Part shown: positions 48,401 through 60,112 of the stretch, piece after piece
Layout of the letters: the number at the start of each line of letters is the position of its first letter
How positions within the stretch are numbered: position 1 is the stretch's first letter
Assembly (NCBI RefSeq): GCF_018350175.1
Contig: NC_058368.1
Coordinates: 83,082,001-83,146,000, forward strand
Source: Felis catus
Taxonomy: Eukaryota
DNA length: 64,000 nucleotides
Reading direction: 5' to 3'
The notes under the pieces: model-generated
The model's database searches: none
Told to the model about the DNA's origin: nothing
Seen by the model: only the letters and a program-made list of their open reading frames with translations
Translations under genes and position numbers: made by a program

Positions 48401-50750
48401 TTGTTTCTTTATTGATCCTGTGTCTAGATGATCTATCCAATGTTGTAAGTGGAGTATTAAAGTCCCCTGCAATTACCACATTCTTATCAATAAGGTTGTT
48501 TATATTTGTGATTGTTTTATGTATTTGTGGGCTCCCATATTTGGCACATAGACATTTCTAATTGTTAGCTCTTCCTGATGGATAGACCCTGTAATTATTT
48601 TATAATGCCATTCTTCATCTCTTGTTACAGCCTTTAATTTAAAGTCTAGTTTGTCTGATATAGGTATGGCTATTCCAGTTTTGTTTTTACTTTCAGTAGC
48701 ATTATAGATAGTTCTCCATCCCCTTACTTTCAGCTTAAGATGTCCTCATGTCTAAAACATGTCTCTTGTGGACAGCAAATGGATGGGTCTTGTTTTTTTT
48801 TGTTTTTTTTTTTTTTGTTTTTTGTTTTTTTTACCATTCTGATACCCTATGTCTTTTCATTGGAGCATTTAGTCCATTTACATTCAGTGTTATTATTGAA
48901 AGGTATGGGATAGAGACATTGTGATCTCTGTAGGTTTCTTGCTTGTGTTGATGTCTCTGTTACTTTGTGGTCCTTGCAACATTTCACTCACAGAATCCTC
49001 CTTAGGATCTCTTGTAGGGCTGGTTTAATGGTAATGAACTTCTTCAGTGTTTGGGAAGACCTTTATCTCTCCTTCTATTCTGAATGACAGACTTGCTGGA
49101 TAAAGGATTCTAGGCTGCATAAGTTTTCTGTTCATCACATTGAAGATTTCCTGCCATTCCTTTCTTGTCTGCCATGTTTCAGTATATAGGTCTGCTACTA
49201 TTATTATGTGTCTACCTTTGTAATTTAGGGCCTGTTTATCCCTACCTGCTTTCAGAATTTTCTCTTTTTCCTTGTATTTTGCCAGTTTTACTATGCTATG
49301 TCTTGCAGAAGATCTATTCGAGTTACGTCTGAAGGGAGTTCTCTGTGCGTCTTCGATATCAATGCATCTTTCCTTCCCAGATCAGGGAAGTTCTGAGCTA
49401 TGATTTGTTCAAGTACACCTTCATCCCCTTTCTCTCTCTTCTTTTCTGGAGTTCCTATGGTACTGATATTGTTTCATTAGTTTGTATCACTTACTTCTCT
49501 AATTCTCCCTTCATACTCCTGGATTTTTTTTATCTCTCTTTTTCTCAGCTTTCTCTTTTTCCATAATTTTATCTTCTAATTAACCTCTTCTCTCCTCTGC
49601 CTCTTCAATCCGTGCTATGGCCACCTCCATTTTATTTTGCACCTCATTTATAGCATTTTTTTAGTTCATCATGACTATTTCTTAGTCCCTTGGGGTCTGT
49701 AGCAATAGATTCCCTGCTGTCTTCCATTCTTTTTTCAAGCCCAGCAATTAATTTTATGAGTATTATTCTACATTCTTGTTCTGTTATATTAAATTGTTTT
49801 TGATCAATTCGTTAGGTGTTGCTAATTCCTGGAGGTTTTTTTGGAGGAGAATTATTCTGTTTCATCATTTTGGGTAGGTCCTGTGGTAAAAGGGCATTTC
49901 CCCTGTTCTGTCCTGATTATCTTGTGTTGGTGGGCGGGGCCACAGTCAGACTGGTGTGTACCGTGTCATCCCCTCTCCCACGGGCAGGACTCTCTGTGGC
50001 GTGGTGTGGCCCCTGTCTGGACTACTTGCACACTGCAAGGCTTGTGGTGTTGTTGATGAGATCTGGCCAAGGGAGTATTAGGTGGGGTTGATCCCCGAGG
50101 TGCACATGGGTGGGAGGGGCAGGCTTAGCTCCCTTTGCCATTGGTGGTCCCTTGGGAGAGGGGCCCTCCCACACTGGGAGGGAGGCAGGCCCTTCAGAGG
50201 GATGGATCCATGGAAGCAGTGTTGGGTGTTTGCTCAGTGGAAGAAAATTTGTTTATGGGAACTGGTTCCTTTTGGAATTTTGACTGGGAGACGGATAGAG
50301 AAATGGCTCTGGCCAGCACCTTTGTTCCCCTGCTGAGGTCTGTCTTTCTGGGTTTCGATAACTCTTCCTCCCCACATCCTCTTGCCTTCCCCACTCTCCG
50401 GGAGCAGAGCTGTTGACTTCTAACATTCCAGATGTTAAAAGTCCCGCTGGCTGTCAGAACTTATGGAGTCCGGCCCCTCTGCTTTTGCAAGCCAGACTTC
50501 AGGGGCTCTGCCTTGCCCAAGTGGCTGTCCTTCCACTGCCCTGGCTCTCTCCTGCCAGTCCGTGTAGCACGCACCACTTCTCAGCCCTTCACACAGTCTT
50601 CTGTGGGCCTCTTGTCTATGCTTGGCTCTGGAGAGTCTGTTCTGCTAGTCTTCGGGTGGTTTTCTGGGTTATTTTGGCAGATGTGTGTGGAAAAAAGTGA
50701 TCAGCAGGATAAGGTGAGCCCAGCATCCTACTTTGCCTCCATCTTCCCCT
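45432..50750 (-). mobile_element. 5'-intact, 3'-truncated felid LINE-1
   Basis: 5' GGGGAAGATGGAGGC at ~50749, ORF1 remnant ~49870-48990, ORF2 fragments. Ends in the ORF2 C-terminus (WRFLKKLKI) with no 3'UTR or poly-A. Confidence 0.94.
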
Positions 50751-52291
50751 TTGGAGCCAAAATTGTATATGATTCAATCCTTGAGTAATCTATAAACAAC
50801 AAAACAGGAAGGACATCAGCTCAATTTCTGTTCAATGTAAAGCAGTTGATGAAAGATATCTTAAGATTGATGTGATAAAAAAAAGAAGTCATGGGTTTGT
50901 GCAGGTTGTCTATGAAAACTTCATATGCAAGATGTTTAATAAGTTTGTGAAAGAGCATACTAACAAAATGGTGTCTGTGGGAACTGATCATTGTGAGTGA
51001 GGCTGGATTGTAAGATTTTGAACAGAATTAATTTCAAATAAAGCATGAAAAATTTAACTTCAAATAAAGTGTGAATCACAGTAAACTTAACTGTGGACAG
51101 CGTTGTTGTTCATGGTCCAATATTATTATTGTTGCTGTTGTTTGTTATTATTTTGAGGGAATTCAAAGAAAGTGCTATAAAAATAATAGAGGAGATCTAG
51201 GAAAATACAAGTAACACATTAAGTCAAGAAGAAAGTTGGTTCATATATCCACTGATGAATAAACCAAACAGAGGACTGATAAAAATGCGCTATAGAGATG
51301 TGATAGCAATGACCAAGAACTTGTTGAGTGATACAGAATCAAAGAAATCAAAAAGGAAGAAATTCTAGAAATGTTGTTGAACATATGGAAGATTAAAGTG
51401 AGAAAAACACCCTCCATAATTTAACAGAAAGCAAAAACTAAATTAGTGTTGTAAGATTTTGTGTTTAATTTTGTTGTTTTGTTTTTTCAGCTAGTAAAAC
51501 CAAAGAAGGTTTGAAAACTTGGAAAATTGAAGATGACAATGAGGGAATATTAGGGGTAGGTTCGAGAGGCAGTAAGGAAATAATAATACTGGGCTCATTC
51601 ATTCTCTCTTTAAAAGCAGAGCAGAATAACTAGAAAAATAACTTGAAGTATAAAAATGTAACAAAAATTGGGCATAGATTCAGTTCAAGTAAGTATATCA
51701 GCTACTGAGGCTGTATTCCATTTGAGATATTAGAGTAAGTAAAGTTTCAAATTACATTGATATTTTGTCATGGTAACAGAAGAGAATTTTGAAACCATTA
51801 TGCATAGAAGATTAGCTCAAGAAAAATAAGATCATTTCCCCATATATCTGTAGCCTCAAATAAAAACATAAGACTGAAAACAATCAAAATATTTTATTCT
51901 AATTATCCAGTGTTCAACAATATGATTTACATAATATTTTTCAAATGCAACTGTATTTATGTAATCTGTATCTATATTTGTATGTATTTGACCATGAAAT
52001 TTGTATTTTCCAATGGAAATGTGTAGAAATATGCATTTAATTTTTATGCTTATGGTTATGAGCAATATGACTGTAATTTTCACTCCAGTATACAGTAGGA
52101 TTAAAAATAAAATCATGTAGACTAAAGGAGGTTCACTTAATTTTCTCTCAAAAATATTAGGGACATCAATATATATTAGAATTAGGTAGGAATCAAAACC
52201 AAAGTAGTTAAGAAATATATTTCCATAATTTGATTCTTCATGGGCTCAAGACTTCACTTCTTACTTTCGGGTACATATTGTGTTACCACAG

Positions 52292-53194
52292 ATGGCAAAT
52301 TCCAATGTGATGATGGGATTTCTCCTCACAGGGTTTTCTGATGTATGGGAACTGCAGGTTTTGCATGCCATAACCTTCTCTGTGATGTTGGGAAACACTG
52401 TCATTGTTACTGTCACCACCCTTGACAGGAGTCTTCACACACCCATGTATTTCTTCCTTAGGAATCTGTCCATCTTGGTTGCATGCTACATTTCTGTAAC
52501 AGTTCCTAACTCATGCATCAATTCTCTACTTGACAGCAGCACCATTTCAAAGGCTGGGTGTAAAGCTGAGGTCTTCCTAGTGGTTTTCTTTGTATATACG
52601 GAGCTTCTGTTTCTGACTCTCATGGCCCAAGACCATTATGTGGCTATCTGCCAACCCCTTTACTACCCTATAATCATGAACTCTCAAAATCTGCATACAA
52701 ATGACTCTGGATTTCATACTCAGTAGTCTCATCCATGCTGCTGTACACACTGGCAATACATTCAGGCTGCCATTCTGTCAATCCAGTGTTATCCATCAGT
52801 TTTTTTTTTTTTTTTTGTGATATCCCTTCTCTGCTAAAGCTCTCCTGATCTGACACCTTTAGCAATGAGATGGTGCTCATTGTCTGTGGTCTAGGGATTG
52901 TTGGTGGCTGTTTAATTTTCATCATCAGCTCTTAGAGTCACATGTTTTCTACAGTTTTCAAGTTTTCGAGAGGAGCAGACAGAAAAAAGGCTTTTTCTAC
53001 CTGTGTCCCTAATATATTTGTGGTATCTGTCTTCCTCAGCTCAGGTGTTTATGTATACCTGAGGCAATCAGAAAACTATTCCACCATCCAAGACATATTC
53101 CCCACTTTTCAACCTTATTATCTCAGTTTTAGAAATGAACAAATAAATGTGCCATTAATAAAATAAAGAGAATGTTTACTCAGGAAATGTGCAG
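52292..53194 (+). pseudogene. OR14C36: Olfactory receptor pseudogene, OR14C36-like
   Basis: [51 protein letters not shown] and RGADRKKAFSTCVP closely match OR14C36 as recalled. Lesions: TM1 and TM7 deletions, frameshift at ~52687, a T17 run, in-frame stops. Confidence 0.9.
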
Positions 53195-53626
53195 AAAATT
53201 TCTGAGGCTCACTAAAAATTAGTGAGTAAAATTCATGTTTACAACAATAAATTGAGATAATTGATTGGATTTATATCAATATAACTTATATAAATTAATA
53301 AATAATGTCATTAAAATATATCATTTATCAAAATAATTTCCTTTCTGAAGGCATTGGATTATCTGAATGTGCCAGTGTGTAAAGGATCTGGTGTTCCAAA
53401 TAAGAAATCCCTATTCATGCTTTGATATTGTAAGAAACCTTTAGACTAAACCTTTAGACTAAAATTTTTAGTCTAAAAATCCAAAAAAGTTATCCTTAGA
53501 AACATTTCATGTTAAACTTCAGTTTTGTATTTATACACTATTTAAATATTTATAAACCTAGTATTGAAAAGAATTATAAAGAAATAAAGTTACAATCATT
53601 CAAAAATAAATGTGAAAATTATAGGT

Positions 53627-53897
53627 TCTTTATTTTAATTTCAGTTTTAGTTAGTTAACATACAGTGCAATATTTGTTTCAGGAGTAGAATTCAGTGATT
53701 CCTCACATACATTCAACACCCAGTGCTCATCCCAACAAGTAACCTCCTTAATACTCATCACCCATCTAACCCATCCTCCACCCACCTCCCTCCAACAACC
53801 CTAATTTTGCTATTACTGAGTCTTTTGTGGTTTGTTTCACTCCTCTCTTCTCTCCCCCACTTCCCATATGTTCATCTGTTTCATTTCTTGAATTGCA
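53627..53897 (-). mobile_element. Carnivore L1 3' end fragment
   Basis: ttagttaacatacagtgcaatatttgtttcaggagtagaattcagtgatt...cacccagtgctcatcccaacaag. Confidence 0.8.
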
Positions 53898-54230
53898 CTT
53901 TGGTGAGGGTAGGGAATCATGTATGAGAGGATCAGAATTATTTTACACAACTTGTATGTGTAAGGAGAGGATTCCTTTGTATGGCAAGGAAAATATATGG
54001 ATACATTATATCTGTCATCAGACCAAAATTTTGCTAAAAATATGTTCAAGTTTGGGGATACATTTACCTGTTTATATTTAAACATTATTTGTTAGGTTGA
54101 TTAAAGAAATGTACAAATTTTCTCCCCCCACTTATAATCACATGCTTCTCCATACATCCATTAAGACCCTGAGGAATAAAAAAAAATGTTGCTTTGCTTT
54201 CTTATAGTGTCATCTAAAATACTTATTTTA

Positions 54231-54447
54231 GGGGTGTCTGGGTGGCTCAGTCGGTTAAGTGTCCAACTTCAGCTCAGGTCATGATCTCACAGTTTGTGAG
54301 TTCAAGCCCCTTGTCAGGATCTGTGCTGACAGCTCAGAGCCTGGAGCCTGATTTGGATTCTGTGTCTCCCTCTCTCTCTGACCCTCCCCTGCTCATCCTC
54401 TGTCTCTCCCTGTCTCAAAAATAAATAAAACATTAAAAAAACTTAAA
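54231..54447 (+). mobile_element. Can-SINE
   Basis: Starts GGGGTGTCTGGGTGGCTCAGTCGG; TSD aaata(c/t)ttatttta on both flanks. Confidence 0.95.
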
Positions 54448-55599
54448 AAAATATTTATTTTAATCATCAATGATATCCTTTATATGCTAGACTATAATGC
54501 AAGAATTAGTAACATAACATCAAAAGCCTTAGTAGCTTAATATAACAAAGGTTTACTTCTTCATTGTATCTGCCAAACATAGGCCATCAGGGGGCTTTCT
54601 GAATTGGATGCATTTGACAGAGCCATTGGAAATAAGAGCTCAGTCACATTGAAATATGATTTTTAAGCATTTATTTTAAAAAATTGAGGTAGAACAAGGG
54701 GAGCATTCACCAATAAGAAGCTAAATAACTACAGTTGACATGGAAATATCAGTTCTGTGAGTTCTTTCATAAACACAGGCATAATTTAAGGTAGCCCCTG
54801 CACACCTTCCAAGAAGATTTTGGCATTGATAGTGGAGAGAGACCCTTAAACTCTCAATTATTAAAAGTCAATCCACCTATGCATTTTGAAAACAAGTTTT
54901 AATAGTTAGCAATGTAAAATAATATTTTTGAAAAGATTCAAACATATACTTTGGCACCAAGAAGAATCACAATTACAAAGATATGACATTCATGTGAAAA
55001 GAAGTTTTGATATACATACAAAAACAAAGGGACTCATGCCAGAATTTTTCCTGTTTTCAAATGACACGAAATTATTTTATGGGAAAAGAGAATTCCATAG
55101 TCAAGTCTCAGTCACAGAGAGAAAGAAAACTTTAAAAAGTGCACACGGGTTTTTTACGTCTTTACTCATCATTTCTGTTCACATTTTATTGGACAAATAA
55201 GTCACATGGCCACATTAGCTGTTAAAGGGAGAGAGTCGGCAACCTCCTCATACTTGTAAGAAAAGGAGATGAACAAGAATGTCATTAGGTACTAGAAATG
55301 ATGAACTGTAATGATGAGTGTAATGATGAAAACTCAGATTCTGAAGGCTTGTTTTCCATGAAATTATTATTAGCATGAATAATCACTGCACATTTTCTAA
55401 GCCAGCACATGATAACAAAAAGTTTTAAAGTTTAATAAATGTAACATATTGTGGTGTGAAATGTGCAAAGTTCTTTTAATGCATTACCTTATTGAACTCT
55501 TTAATAACCTCATGTAACTGATAATCATGTTCCCACATTTTATAGATGTGTGCCCTACTTTAGAAATATGAGTGTGTCTATTTTTTATTATGTTTATTT

Positions 55600-56168
55600 A
55601 TGCTTTAATCTCTATTGTTTTCCTTCTACCATGGGCTGAGTTTGTACTTACAAAATATTTTTGTACTTGAAGGCTAAAATTAGGTCATTTTATCAAACAC
55701 TTATGTCTATAAACACTTATGTCTATAAAGTTCCCTGTAAGTACTACTTTTGGTAAATCACATAAATTTTGCCATTTTGTGTTTATTTTCATCTTTCTCA
55801 AGATGTTACTGACTGCACATTTGATATTACTTTTGTTCTATTGGTGGTAAAAGAACCTGTTGTTACATTGCCAGATATTTGAGCGTTTTCCAATTATCCT
55901 TTTGTTATTAATTTCTAGTTTTATTTCACTATGGATGAAAAGTATAATTTGTGTGATTTCAATGTTCTAAAATTTGTTAAAACTTCTTCTTTGACCTAAC
56001 GTATGCTCATTCTTGGAGAATGTTCCATATATATTTGAGAAAAGTGTATATTCTTCTGCCATTGGGTGCAATGTTCTATATATGATCATTAAGTCCATTT
56101 AGTCTATAGTGATGTTCAAATTCATGTTATAAATTTAATTACTGATTTTCTGTATGGATGTTCTATTA
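55600..56168 (-). mobile_element. Ancient L1 (L1M) ORF2 fragment
   Basis: ggagaatgttccatatatatttgagaaaagtgtatattcttctg...ctgattttctgtatggatgttctat is antisense endonuclease-region text. Confidence 0.65.
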
Positions 56169-56329
56169 GGACTTGATATTATGGCTTGGGGATACTTCTC
56201 AAAAGCTCATGGCTTCAATCTCTGAGTTCTTGGGTTTTCTCCCTTCCTTTGGAATAAATAAAAAGACTTTGCAACACAGCACTTTTCAGCCTGATTTCCA
56301 CAAAATCCAAGTAATATGGAAGCCTTTTT

Positions 56330-56680
56330 TTATTGAATAATATGTCTGTGTCTGCAGTGTAATACTTCTCAAGACCATCTTCACTTTTGACGTCAACTGC
56401 AAGTTTGTGGGTATTCCAAACCATGGTCAGTTTCAATAATTCGCTAGAAATATTCACAGAATTCAGAAAAGGCTTTAAGCAATGGTTATGTTTTATCACA
56501 GCAAAAAAGATACAGATACATATTAGTCAAGCCATACAATACCTCAAATGTCCCAATGGCCCAGAAAAACAAAGACACTTATCTGGTAGGACATTTGAAG
56601 GGCTTATAAGTTAATAGTCTGAGGCTGAGGACAAAGAACAAACTTGCCTTTGGGAAAGGTTACTCCATTGTTGAATAGAT
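56330..56680. mobile_element. MER21-like LTR remnant
   Basis: cagtttcaataattcgctagaaatattcacagaattcagaaaagg...tatcacagcaaaaaagatacagat; family call from memory only. Confidence 0.4.
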
Positions 56681-56700
56681 TCCTTTAGTTATACTGGCCA

Positions 56701-57452
56701 GAAAAAAATCTACAAAAGAATTTATCAAACTCAGCACCCCCCCCAAAAAAATAAATGAAATAATAATAATAATACACTGGAGAAACAGGCAGAAGACATG
56801 TAAGGACACTTTTCCAAAAAGACATCAAGATAGGTAACTGACACATGAAAAGATGCTCAATATCACTCATCATCAGAGAAATACAAATCAAAACCACAAT
56901 TAGATACCACCTCACACCTGTCAGGATGGCTAAAATTAACAACTCAAGAAACAATAGATGTTGGTGAGGATGCTGAGAAAGGGGAGCCCTTTTGCACTGT
57001 TGGTAGGGTTGCAAACTTGTGCAGCTACTCTGGAAAATAGTAGCGAGATTCCTCAAAAAGTTAAAAATAGAATTACCCTAGGAGAGCCTAGGTGGCTCAA
57101 TAGATTGAGCTTCAGTCTCTTGATTATGGCTTAGGTCATGATCTCACAGTTTGTGGGTTCAAGCTCTGCATCGGGCTCTGCCCTGGCAGTACACAGCCTG
57201 CTTGGGATTCTCTCTTCTTTTCTCTGCCCCTCCCCAACTCACACAGTCTCTTTCTCAAAATAAATAAATAAATACTTTAAAAACAAAACAAAAAAAAATA
57301 GAAATACCCTACAGCCCAGCAATTGCATTACTATGTATTTATCCAACGGATACAAAAATGCTGGTTCAAAGGGGCACACTCAACCCAACATTCAATGCTA
57401 TCAATTATAGCCTATATATATATATTCACACACACACACAGTGGAATACTAC
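56701..57452 (+). mobile_element. L1 ORF2 C-terminal fragment (SINE-interrupted)
   Basis: aatctacaaaagaatttatcaaactc...catcagagaaatacaaatcaaaaccac...gtggaatactac. Confidence 0.85.
57081..57293 (+). mobile_element. Can-SINE in L1
   Basis: TSD aaaaatagaa(t/a)tacccta at 57063-57080 and 57294-57311. Confidence 0.9.
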
Positions 57453-58980
57453 TTGGTGTTTGATAAGTTCTTTATAGATTTTGCATACTAACCCTTTATC
57501 TGATGTGTCATTTGCATTAATTTGGTTGATTGTTTCCTTCACTATGCAGAAGCATTCTATATTGATGATGCCCCAAAAGTTCATTTTTCATTTTTTTTTA
57601 ATTTTTAAAATTTATTTTATTTATTTTTGAGAGAAAGAGAGACAGAACATGAGCAGGGGAAGGGCAGAGAGAGATGGAGATACAGAATCTGAAGGAGGCT
57701 CCAGGCTCCAAGCTGTCAGCACAGAGCCTGGCTTATGGCTCAGACTCATGAACTGTGAGATCATGACCTTAGCCCTGAGCTGAAGTCCAATGCTTAACCC
57801 ACTGAGCCACCCAGGTGCAACAGTTCATTTTTGTTTTATTTCCCTTGCCTCCATAGACATGTCCAGTAAAAAGTTGCTGAGCTTGAAATCAAATAGGTTG
57901 CTTTCTTTGTTCTTCTGTAGTATTTTAATGGTTTCCTATGTCACATTTAGGTCTTTCATCCATTTTGAATTTATTTTTGTGTATCATGTAAGATAGTGGT
58001 CCAGTTTAATTCTTCTGCATGTTGTTGTACAATTTTCCCAGTACCATTTGTTAAAGAAACTGTCTTTTTTCCATTGGATACTCCTTCCTGCTTTGTCTAA
58101 AATTAATTGACCATATATTTGTGGGTCCATTTCTGGGTTCTCTATTGTATTCCATTGATCTATTTCTTTCTTTCTTTTTTTTTTTTTTGCCAGTGCCATA
58201 CTCTCTTAATGATTACAGCTTTGTAATACAGCTTGAACTACAGAATCATGATGCTTCCAGCTTTGGTTTTCTTTTTCCACATTACATTGGCTATTCAGGG
58301 TATTTTCTGGTTCTATACAAATTTTAGGATTATTTGTTCTAGCTCTGTGTAGAATGAATGTGTTATTTTGATAGGGATTTCATTGAATGTGTAGATTGCT
58401 TTGGGCAGCTTAGACATTTTAAAAATATTTGTTCTTCCAATCTATGTCCACGGAACGTTTTTCCATTTCTTTGTGTCTTTTTCAATTTCTTTCATAAGGT
58501 TTCTATAGTTTTCAGTGTACATATCTTTTACCTCTTTGGTTAGGTTTACACCTAGGTATTTTATGGGACTTGGTGCAATTATAAATGGAATTGATTCTTT
58601 GATTTCCCTTTCTGTTGTTTAATTATATGTGTACAGAAATAAAACCGATTTCTGTACATTGATTTTATATCCTGTGATGTTGCTGAATTCACGTATCAAT
58701 TCTAACAATGTTTTGGTGGGGTTGTTTGGGTTTTCCATGTAGAATATCATGTCATATGCAAAGAGTGAAAGTTTGACTTCTTCTTTGCCAATTTGTATGC
58801 ATTTCATTTCTCTTTGTTGTCTTATTGCTGAGATTAGGACTTCTAGTACTATTGTGAACAATTGTGGTGAGAGTGGGCATCCCTGTTGTGTTCCTGAACT
58901 TAGGGGAAAAGCTCCCAGTTTTTCCCCATTGAGGATTATATTAACTGTGGGTCTTCCATACATGACCTTTATGATGTTAA
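57453..58980 (-). mobile_element. Inverted L1 ORF2 segment (RT to C-terminal region)
   Basis: ORF 58619-59005 [10 protein letters not shown]...[12 protein letters not shown] 57984-58199 DQWNTIENPE. Confidence 0.9.
57589..57820 (-). mobile_element. Can-SINE in the inverted L1 segment
   Basis: TSD agttcattttt at 57578-57588 and 57822-57832. Confidence 0.9.
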
Positions 58981-59115
58981 GGAGGGCACTTGTTAGGATG
59001 AGCACTGGGTGTTATATGTAAGTGATGAATCAATGGGTTCTATACCTGAAACCAATACTACACTGTATGCTACCTTACTTGAATTTAAATTAATTAATTA
59101 AATACATAAATAAAT
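58981..59115 (+). mobile_element. Carnivore L1 3' terminus joined to the inverted segment
   Basis: ggagggcacttgttaggatgagcactgggtgttatatgtaagtgatgaatc... followed by an A-rich tail. Confidence 0.85.
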
Positions 59116-59134
59116 ATCAAAAATAAAAAAGAAA

Positions 59135-59992
59135 TAAAAGATAACAAGTGTTTGTAATGTTGTTGTGAAATTGGAACGCTTCTTACTGTTGGGAATATAA
59201 AATAATGCAGCCACTATAGAAAACAGTATGGTGGTTTCTCATATAATTAAAAATAAAACTACTATATGACCCAGCAATCCCACTGTTTGGTAAATATCCA
59301 AAGGAATTGAAATTAATATCTCAAAGAGATAACTGTACTTCCATGTTCATTGCAACAATATTCACAATAGCCAAGATATGGAAACAACCTATGTGGATAA
59401 TGGATGAATCAATAAAGAAAATGTGGCTTGTGTGTGTTTGTGTGTATACATACATATATGTATATGTATATTTCACACTGTGGAATATTATTCAGCTTTG
59501 AATAAGAAGAAATCTTGTCTTTTGTGGATGAACCTGGAGGACATTATGTTAAGTAAAATAAACTAGGTACGTAAAGACAAATACTGCATGTTCTCTCTTA
59601 TATGTGGTAGTTAAAAAAGTCAAAGTCTTAAAGCATAAAGGAGAATGGTGATTATCAGAGGCTCGGAAAAATGGGGAAAATGTTGGTCAAATGGTACAAA
59701 GCTTCAGATATGAAGGATAAGCAAGTTCTGGAGACGTAATGTACCATCATATGGTGACTGTAATTAATGCTATTGTATTGTATATTTAAAATCTGTTAAG
59801 ACTGTAGATCTTAAGTGTTTCACACCAAAAAAAAGAAAAGTAATTATGGAAGGTGCAGATATGTTAATTAGCTTAATTATGGTAACCATTTCATAATATA
59901 TTCATATATCAAAAAGTTATGCTGTACATCTTAAATACATACAATTTTACTTGTCAATCATATGTCAATAATGCTGGAAGAAAAAATAAAAT
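59135..59992 (+). mobile_element. Old L1MA-like 3' portion
   Basis: gcagccactatagaaaacagtatgg...ggatgaacctggaggacattatgttaag...ttgtcaatcatatgtcaataatgctggaag. Confidence 0.8.
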
Positions 59993-60014
59993 ACCTAAGA
60001 AACTTATACATATC

Positions 60015-60112
60015 ATATGTAAGTGATAAATCACTGAATTCTACTCCTTAAACCAACATTGCATTGTTATGTTAATTAACTAGAATTTAAATAAAAATTT
60101 GAAAAGGAAAAC
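60015..60112 (+). mobile_element. Short L1 3' terminus
   Basis: atgtaagtgataaatcactgaattctactcc...aactagaatttaaataaaaa. Confidence 0.7.

Noticed and set aside
55695..55729. 16-bp tandem duplication aaacacttatgtctat (similar ones at ~1856-1885 and ~42040-42060)
   Set aside because: Ordinary two-copy slippage duplications; not an array and not CRISPR-like.
56215..56614. 94-aa and 75-aa ORFs
   Set aside because: No homology recognised; they overlap a probable LTR remnant.
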